Positions 58,163 to 64,000 of a stretch of DNA of 64,000 bases are shown piece after piece. Origin of the DNA: Patulibacter minatonensis (lineage in GTDB: Bacteria; Actinomycetota; Thermoleophilia; Solirubrobacterales; Solirubrobacteraceae); the NCBI GenBank assembly GCA_036946195.1, contig JAQIJQ010000005.1:41456-105455 (forward strand), written 5' to 3'. Each line of letters opens with the position of its first letter. Within the stretch, counting starts at the first letter, position 1. The notes beneath the pieces were generated by a model. The model was not told where the DNA came from. It searched no databases and saw only the letters and a program-made list of their open reading frames with translations. The translations under genes were made by a program, and so were the position numbers.

Positions 58163-59779
58163 CTAGAAGCGGAAGAAGAGCTTCACGATCGCCTTCAGCG
58201 GGCCGGAGGTCTTCCCGTACGGGAACATCTGCGGCATCTTCTTCACCGGCGCGCGGCTGATGAAGAGGCTCTGGAGCTTGGCGTACTTGAGGATGCCGAC
58301 CTCTCCGTGGCGGCCGAGCCCGGCGCCGGACTCCTTCCAGCCACCCATCGGCATCTGGAGCTCGGCCCAGAACACGAGGGAGTCGTTGATCGAGACGGTG
58401 CCGGCCTCGATGCGGCGCGCGACGGCCTCGGCGCGGCGCGTGTCACCCGAGTAGACGGCGGCGGCCAGCCCGTACTTGGAGTCGTTCGCGAGCTCGATGG
58501 CCTCTTCGGCGTCGGCGACCTTGATGATCTGGATCGTCGGACCGAAGGTCTCCTCGTCGACGATCTCCATGCCGTGGGTGACGTCGACCAGCACGGTCGG
58601 CTCGAAGTAGACGGCGCCGTCGGCCTTCACGACCTTCTTGCCGCCGCGGACGACCCTGCCGCCCTTGGCGACGGCGTCCTCCACCTGCTCGGCGATCTCG
58701 TCGGCCTGGCTGCCGACGGTCATCGAGCCGACCTCGACGGTGCCGAGGCCGCCGGCGGGATCACCGAACTCGACCTTGTCGAAGCCCTTGAGGAGACGCT
58801 CGACGAACTCGTCGTACACGGGCGACTCGACGTAGATGCGCTCGATCGACATGCACGTCTGGCCGCCGTTGACGAGCGAGTAGTAGAGCGCGTGGTCGGC
58901 GGCCTTCTGCACGTTCGCGTCGGCCAGGACGATGAGCGGGTCCTTGCCGCCGAGCTCGAGCGAGAACGGGATGAGGCGTTCGGCGGCCTGCCGGGCGACG
59001 CCCTTGCCGACCTCGGTCGAGCCGGTGAACATGATCATGTCGACGTGGTCGACCATCGCGCCGCCGACAGGGCCCGGGCCGACGGCGACCTGGAACACGT
59101 CGTCCGGGAAGCCAACCTCGCGCATGCCGCGCTGGACGAGCAGGGAGGTGAGCGGGGTCTTGCTCGCCGGCTTGAGGATCACGGCGTTGCCCGCGAGGAG
59201 CGCCGGGATCGCATCACCGATCGAGTTGACGAACGGGTAGTTCCACGGCCCGATGATGCCGACGACGCCGTGCGGCACGTACCGCTCGACGGTGGTGTTG
59301 CCGGGGAAGAGGCGGTTGCGGGCCCACTTGCGCTTGTCGGCGAGGATCGACGGCGCGACCCGCGGCCAGTACGAGAGGCTCGACATCGCGTAGATCCACT
59401 CGAGGTAGAACGCGTCCTCGGCCGGCTTGCCGCCCTCGCGGGAGATCGTGTCGGTGAACTCCTCCTGGTGGGCGTAGAGCCACTTGCGCAGCTGCTTGAA
59501 GAGGCGCGCGCGCTCGTGGACGCCGATCGCCTCCCAACGGCCCTGCACGGCGCGGGCGCGCTCCACGAGCGCGGGCACCTCGTCGGCCGTGATGGCCGGT
59601 AGCTCGGCGATCACCTTGCCGGTGGCCGGGTTGCGGACGACGAGGGTCGGCTTGGGCGCGGCCGGCGTCGGCTCCACCTTCGGAGCCTCGGCCGTCGGCG
59701 CGGACGGCTGCACCTGCGTGGGCGCCTCGGCGGCGTCGAGCGTGGGCGAGGTGTCGAGTTCGGTCTGGCTGGCGTCCAT
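58163..59779 (-). CDS. NAD(P)-dependent aldehyde dehydrogenase (succinate-semialdehyde dehydrogenase-like) with a Pro/Ala/Thr-rich N-terminal extension
   Basis: ATG 59779 lies 5 nt after GGAGGG. 'GPWNYPF', 'LKPASKTPLT', 'FTGSTEVG', 'LELGGKDP', 'NGGQTCMSIERIYV', 'EETFGP'. Confidence 0.88.
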   Translation of the reverse strand: MDASQTELDTSPTLDAAEAPTQVQPSAPTAEAPKVEPTPAAPKPTLVVRNPATGKVIAELPAITADEVPALVERARAVQGRWEAIGVHERARLFKQLRKWLYAHQEEFTDTISREGGKPAEDAFYLEWIYAMSSLSYWPRVAPSILADKRKWARNRLFPGNTTVERYVPHGVVGIIGPWNYPFVNSIGDAIPALLAGNAVILKPASKTPLTSLLVQRGMREVGFPDDVFQVAVGPGPVGGAMVDHVDMIMFTGSTEVGKGVARQAAERLIPFSLELGGKDPLIVLADANVQKAADHALYYSLVNGGQTCMSIERIYVESPVYDEFVERLLKGFDKVEFGDPAGGLGTVEVGSMTVGSQADEIAEQVEDAVAKGGRVVRGGKKVVKADGAVYFEPTVLVDVTHGMEIVDEETFGPTIQIIKVADAEEAIELANDSKYGLAAAVYSGDTRRAEAVARRIEAGTVSINDSLVFWAELQMPMGGWKESGAGLGRHGEVGILKYAKLQSLFISRAPVKKMPQMFPYGKTSGPLKAIVKLFFRF

Positions 59780-59953
59780 GGGATCCCTCCGCGTGCGTGG
59801 TGCCATGCTGCGTTGCCGGCCTCGGGAACGGACGTCCCCAGGGGCGGTGGCCGCACGCAGCTGTGCGCTGCCGTCGATATTAGTGACTCCCGGTCAGTTC
59901 GTCGAGGTCAGGCGGATTTCCCCGCGGACGCGCCGGTGCTGTGCGGAGCCGGA

Positions 59954-60018
59954 CGTTCCTGCATCGACGTTCATCCCGGCCAGCGAACGAGCGGCGCGTT
60001 CCTGCATCGACGTTCATC
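59954..60018. repeat. 22-nt perfect direct repeat CGTTCCTGCATCGACGTTCATC x2, 43-nt period
   Basis: Copies at 59954-59975 and 59997-60018, in the divergent spacer between the aldehyde dehydrogenase gene (-) and the WxL-like gene (+). Followed by the palindrome GAGAAC-CAAA-GTTCTC at 60022-60037. Confidence 0.8.
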
Positions 60019-60073
60019 ACAGAGAACCAAAGTTCTCGTCCGCCGCGCCATGGGAGGAACCGATGGACTGCGC

Positions 60074-61228
60074 ATGCGCCACCTGTGGCACCGCATGCTC
60101 ACGCCCCTTGTCGCGATCGCCGCCGCACTGGGGATGCTCGTCGTCGTCTCGTCGGCGGGCGCGGCCGTGGCGGTGCGCGGAGCATCGAGCTGCAACGCCA
60201 ACGCTGTCTCGCCATCGATCGCGTCGACCCTCTCGCTCGCGCTCGCCAAGCCGACCGGGCTTCAGGCAGGCGACCTCATGCTCGCGACGTTCTCCGGCTA
60301 CCAGAGCCTCTCGTCCGCCCCGAGCGGCTGGACCGCCACGGCCGCGCCGACCTCGAGCTCGGGCACGTGGTACCGCGTCGCCACGGCCGCCGAGCCCGCC
60401 GCGTACACCTGGACGGCCACGAAGGACATCCTGCACAACGTCTCGATCAGCGGCGTCATCACGGCGTTCTCCGGCGTCGACAGCGCCCTTCCGATCCAGC
60501 AGACGACGCAGTCGTCGGGCAGCAGCGCGAGCGTGGCGCTCCCGACGGCGACGAGCATCCGCGCGGGCAGCATGCGCGTCTCCACCGTCACCAGCGCCGC
60601 CGCCGTCACCTCGAGCTTCTCCGGGATGACCACGGCCTGCGATCGCTCGGCCGGCAGCACCGCGGCGACGCTCGCCTACGAACCCGTCGGCGCCGGCGTC
60701 GTGCCCACCCGCACGGATGCTCGCTCGGGCTCGGGCACGTACACCGCGCAGACCATCGTCCTGAACCCCGATGCCCCGTGCAGCAGCGGGGCCTTCACGC
60801 TCAATGCGCCGAGCACCATCAGCTTTCCGACGCTGGCCGCCACCGGAGCCGATCAACAGGAGTCCGTGACGACGACCATGCGGGTCGACGATCAACGCGG
60901 GCTCGGCCCGGGCTGGAACGTGTCGGCGACCTCGACCCCGTTCACGAACGGCAGCACCTCGCTCCCGACCGACGCGGTCACGATCACGGGCGCCACCGCG
61001 ACGGCCGCCTCGGGCAACTGCGTCCCACCGCTGAACGCCATCACCTACCCACTCCAGCTCCCCACCGGCGTGCCGGCTCCGACGGCCGCCAAGCTCTACG
61101 ACGCCGCGATTGCCACCGGAACCGGCCCCGTCGACGTCGCCCTCGACATGCAGCTCGACGTTCCGGCGAACGCCCGCATCGGGACGTACACGTCGGCGTG
61201 GACCTTCACGCTCCAGAGCGGGCCGTGA
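60074..61228 (+). CDS. Secreted surface protein with an unknown N-terminal domain and a C-terminal WxL-like domain
   Basis: Signal peptide 'MRHLWHRMLTPLVAIAAALGMLVVVSSAGAA'. The C-terminal half follows the WxL-domain pattern: 'FTLNAPSTISFPTL...VDDQRGLGPGWNVSATSTPF...LQLP...DVPANARIGTYTSAWTFTLQSGP'. An alternative ATG exists at 60050. Confidence 0.7.
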   Translation: MRHLWHRMLTPLVAIAAALGMLVVVSSAGAAVAVRGASSCNANAVSPSIASTLSLALAKPTGLQAGDLMLATFSGYQSLSSAPSGWTATAAPTSSSGTWYRVATAAEPAAYTWTATKDILHNVSISGVITAFSGVDSALPIQQTTQSSGSSASVALPTATSIRAGSMRVSTVTSAAAVTSSFSGMTTACDRSAGSTAATLAYEPVGAGVVPTRTDARSGSGTYTAQTIVLNPDAPCSSGAFTLNAPSTISFPTLAATGADQQESVTTTMRVDDQRGLGPGWNVSATSTPFTNGSTSLPTDAVTITGATATAASGNCVPPLNAITYPLQLPTGVPAPTAAKLYDAAIATGTGPVDVALDMQLDVPANARIGTYTSAWTFTLQSGP

Positions 61229-61267
61229 TGCCGCGCCCGGCCCGCTCCTGCTCACCCTCCGGCCGAG

Positions 61268-61582
61268 CTACGTCGAGCGGCGGAGCACCTGCGGCGACCG
61301 GGGTGCGGTGGCTTCGAGGATCGCGGTGAGCCAGCGTTCGGGCTCCGAGACGGCGAGCGTCCACCGCGATCCGTCCGTCAGCGTGAGCACCAGTCGCGGC
61401 TGGCGGTCCAGGCTGTACCAGCGCGGGGCGGCGATCCGCAACGCGGCCACGCGGCTGAGCGCCAGCGAACCGCGCTCCGTCCCGCGGCCGTCGAACTCCG
61501 CGTAGGTGATCGCGCCGGCGTCGAGGGTGATCAGGCCCCGGACCGAACGGTCCGCACGCTCGATCACGCCCACCTCGATCAC
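61268..61582 (-). CDS. Small hypothetical protein (104 aa), possibly PH-like fold
   Basis: 'GLITLDAGAITYAEFDGRGTERGSLALSRVAALRIAAPRWYSLDRQPRLVLTLTDGSRWTLAVSEPERWLTAI' has non-shadow composition. No motif recognised. Confidence 0.45.
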   Translation of the reverse strand: MIEVGVIERADRSVRGLITLDAGAITYAEFDGRGTERGSLALSRVAALRIAAPRWYSLDRQPRLVLTLTDGSRWTLAVSEPERWLTAILEATAPRSPQVLRRST

Positions 61583-61890
61583 GAGATCACCGCATCATCC
61601 GACGTTCGAGGCCCTGGCGTTCGCACTGCAGCGGGTCTGCAGCGCGAACGCAGCGGCAGCTCCCAACGCCCCCGGGGGACACGGGGCCTGCCACCGGGGA
61701 TGGCGCTCGCGAACGTCGCGCGACGCCGCTCCCCCAGATTTTCAAACGGTCCTCATTTTCACGGATCGTCCGGGACGGCTCGTAGCGCGGCATCCGTGGA
61801 AACCCGCAACCCGCTCCGGGGTTCTCCGAGGCCGGGCACCGGCCCGCGGTCGGGATCTCGGCACGATCGAGACCGATCGACGCGTGCGGC

Positions 61891-62136
61891 CTAGGCGGCG
61901 CGCAGGTGCGCGGCGACGTCGCGCCCGAACGCGGTGAGCACGAGGACCTTCTGCCCGTCGATGCTGCGCAGCTCGACCAGGTCTGCGAGGCGCATGAGGT
62001 CCACGGCGTCCGGCAGCGCGATGGCGCGCCTCCAGCGGCGGTCCGGTCGCGGGCTCGGCAGCTCGGTGACGCGATCGAGCTCGAGGAGCACGCTTCGGTC
62101 CCGCGCGCTCAGGCTCTTTGCACGCGCGCCGGGCAC
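61891..62136 (-). CDS. Small hypothetical protein (81 aa), possibly winged-helix-like
   Basis: 'LSARDRSVLLELDRVTELP...AVDLMRLADLVELRSIDGQKVLVLTAFGRDVAAHL'. 93 nt downstream of the HD-GYP gene on the same strand. Confidence 0.4.
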   Translation of the reverse strand: MPGARAKSLSARDRSVLLELDRVTELPSPRPDRRWRRAIALPDAVDLMRLADLVELRSIDGQKVLVLTAFGRDVAAHLRAA

Positions 62137-62229
62137 CGTGGCGACGCTATCGAGCAGTCTCCATCCGCCGCTGCGGGTTTCTGCGGGTGGCGGCGCGGGA
62201 AACTACGGGCGGGCGCCAGGTGCCCGATC

Positions 62230-63981
62230 TCAGGCAGCGAGCCGCCGCAGCGGCGCCGGCGCCACCTCCGCGTCGGCGACGCCGGCATCCTGCCGCGCGA
62301 TCACGGCCAGCAGGGCGTCGGCGACCCGCGGATCGAAGTGGCCGCCGCGACACTTGCGGATCTCCGCCAGCACCTCGTGGCGCGGCCAGGCGTGCTTGTA
62401 CGGGCGCTCGCTGGAGAGGGCGTCGAACACGTCGCACACCGCAGCGATGCGGCCCGAGAGCGGGATCGCCTCGCCGGCGAGGCCGGCCGGGTACCCCGAG
62501 CCGTCCCACTTCTCGTGGTGGGTGCGGCAGATCTCCTCGGCGAGCGCGAGCACGGGCGCATCGGAGTGCGTGAGCAAGGCGGCCCCGGCGACCACGTGCT
62601 CGCGCATCACGTCGAACTCCTCCGGCGTCAGCCGCCCCGGCTTGCAGAGCACGGAGTCCGGCACGCCGATCTTGCCGATGTCGTGCAGAGCGCTCGCGTG
62701 CTGGATCAGCAGGGCATCGGGCTCGCTCCATCCGAGCTCGCGCGCCACCTCGGCGCACAGCGCGCTCATGCGGTCGATGTGCTCCCCCGTGTCGTCGTCG
62801 CGGAGCTCGGCGGCGCGTGCCAGGCGGAGCACCACCTCGAGCTGCGACTCGGCCAGCGCCGCCGTGCGCGCGTGCACCTCGGCTTCGAGCTGCGCGCTGT
62901 AGCGCGTGAGGTGCACCCGCGCGGCGATCTCAGCGGCGACGGCCAGCAGGGTCGCGGCCAGCACCGTCGCGAGGAGCGCGACGAGCGGTGCGGCGATCGG
63001 GATGACGGCATCGTTCGCGAACGCGACGACCCCGACCGCGCAGTACGCGACGGCGAGGGCCACCGCCAGCACCGGGCCACGCAGCGGCCCGAAGCGCAGC
63101 ACGGCGAGGAGGCCGAGCAGGCCGAGCGCCACGCTCAGCAGCACGCCGCTCCAGCTCGCCAGCTCGCGCAGCGGGTTGCCGTGCAGCGCGGTCCAGATCG
63201 CGTTGGCCTGGATCTCCGGACCGGGCATCAGCCGCGCGCCCGGCGCCGACGTCGGGTGGAGGTCCTGGAGCACCGGGGCCGTTGCGCCCACCACGACCAC
63301 CCGCCCGCGCAGCTTCGCGGCGTCGACGCGGCCACGGAGCACGTCCACGAACGAGTAGGTCGGCACGGTGCCGGTCGGCCCACGGAAATCGATGAGCGCC
63401 GTGCCATCGCCCGCGTAGCTGCTCGCGGGGAGCGGCCGGCCCGCTGCCGATGCGGCGGCACTGGCGAGCGAGACGAGCCCGGCGTTCTCCTCGGCGTAGC
63501 GCCGGATCACCCCGGCCGAATCCGACGGAAACGTACTGCTGGCCGCGCGCGCACCGATCTCGGCGAGCTGCTCGTCGCCTCCGAGCACGCGCGTGCCGCC
63601 GTTCGCGTCGCTCTCACCGGTCGCGAGGATCGTGCCGGGCGCCCGCTCGACGGCGTCGAACAGCGCGAGGTCGTCGGACTCCGAGGCAGACGGCTCCGTG
63701 AACTGCACGTCGTAGACGATCCGGCGCACGCCGGCTTGGCGCAGACGGTCGAGCATCTGCGCATGGAGCGTGCGCCGCATCGGCCAGGTGACCTGCATCG
63801 ACGAGAACGTGCGCTCGTCGAGGGCGACGACCGCGACACCGTCCACGGGCTGGTTGCCGCGCACCTCGAACCGCGCATCCACGCCGAGCCGCTCGAGCGG
63901 AGCGAACACGCCGAGAGCGCCGGCCACCGTGGCGAGCGCGAGCGTGAGCGCCCCGACGAGCGCGATCAGGCGGTGCCTCAT
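62230..63981 (-). CDS. CHASE2 sensor domain, TM segments and HD-GYP domain protein; predicted c-di-GMP phosphodiesterase
   Basis: 583 aa. N-terminal signal/TM helix, then a periplasmic CHASE2-like region of about 270 aa ('VVALDERTF', 'IVYDVQF', 'VVVGATA', 'GPEIQANAI'), 3 TM segments, and HD-GYP 'HASALHDIGKIGVPD...HHEKWDGSGYPAGL'. Confidence 0.85.
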   Translation of the reverse strand: MRHRLIALVGALTLALATVAGALGVFAPLERLGVDARFEVRGNQPVDGVAVVALDERTFSSMQVTWPMRRTLHAQMLDRLRQAGVRRIVYDVQFTEPSASESDDLALFDAVERAPGTILATGESDANGGTRVLGGDEQLAEIGARAASSTFPSDSAGVIRRYAEENAGLVSLASAAASAAGRPLPASSYAGDGTALIDFRGPTGTVPTYSFVDVLRGRVDAAKLRGRVVVVGATAPVLQDLHPTSAPGARLMPGPEIQANAIWTALHGNPLRELASWSGVLLSVALGLLGLLAVLRFGPLRGPVLAVALAVAYCAVGVVAFANDAVIPIAAPLVALLATVLAATLLAVAAEIAARVHLTRYSAQLEAEVHARTAALAESQLEVVLRLARAAELRDDDTGEHIDRMSALCAEVARELGWSEPDALLIQHASALHDIGKIGVPDSVLCKPGRLTPEEFDVMREHVVAGAALLTHSDAPVLALAEEICRTHHEKWDGSGYPAGLAGEAIPLSGRIAAVCDVFDALSSERPYKHAWPRHEVLAEIRKCRGGHFDPRVADALLAVIARQDAGVADAEVAPAPLRRLAA

Positions 63982-64000
63982 CGGCGGGCCGGCGTGAAGT

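Noticed and set aside
61268-62136. Toxin-antitoxin interpretation of the two small minus-strand ORFs
   Set aside because: They are 308 bp apart rather than overlapping or adjacent. There are no toxin-family motifs (PIN, RelE, MazF, HipA, Doc, GNAT), and the upstream ORF has no clear RHH, HTH or Xre antitoxin signature.

Overview
This is a very GC-rich (about 70% by eye) actinobacterial chromosomal segment. Gene content and protein style resemble Microbacteriaceae or related Micrococcales. I support about 50 protein-coding genes. I found no rRNA, tRNA, CRISPR array, transposase, integrase or phage module, so this looks like core chromosome rather than an accessory island.

Recognisable content:
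- A complete ECF41-type sigma module (signature promoter, NmrA-like oxidoreductase, SigJ-like sigma) next to a frame-broken ECF sigma and membrane-protein pair.
- Three c-di-GMP turnover proteins: two GGDEF-EAL proteins with degenerate GGDEF motifs and one CHASE2-HD-GYP.
- Several DNA-repair helicases: a UvrD-like helicase-nuclease, RecD2 and Lhr, plus an Fpg/Nei glycosylase.
- groES-groEL with a textbook CIRCE operator.
- A crp-NUDIX-ASCH operon.
- Housekeeping and other genes: Kup, Mrp/ApbC, citrate synthase, amidase, 7Fe ferredoxin, AidB-like acyl-CoA dehydrogenase, aldehyde dehydrogenase, TspO, DedA and an ABC-2 exporter.

I did not find a recognisable defence or mobile system. The least-explained items are:
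1. Two independent tandem pairs of uncharacterised secreted Cys-containing paralogues. One pair (44.3-47.3 kb) has a duplicated promoter architecture. The other (34.0-35.5 kb) sits behind a fused SLT/M15 cell-wall hydrolase.
2. A WxL-like surface protein preceded by a 22-nt direct repeat.
3. A 32-bp perfect palindrome in front of a TetR-led four-gene cluster.
4. A burst of same-direction (+1) frame lesions in homopolymers at 70-1715, with isolated ones at about 9310 and about 20350. These may be assembly artefacts rather than biology.

All functional calls come from motif recognition by eye. No database search was run.
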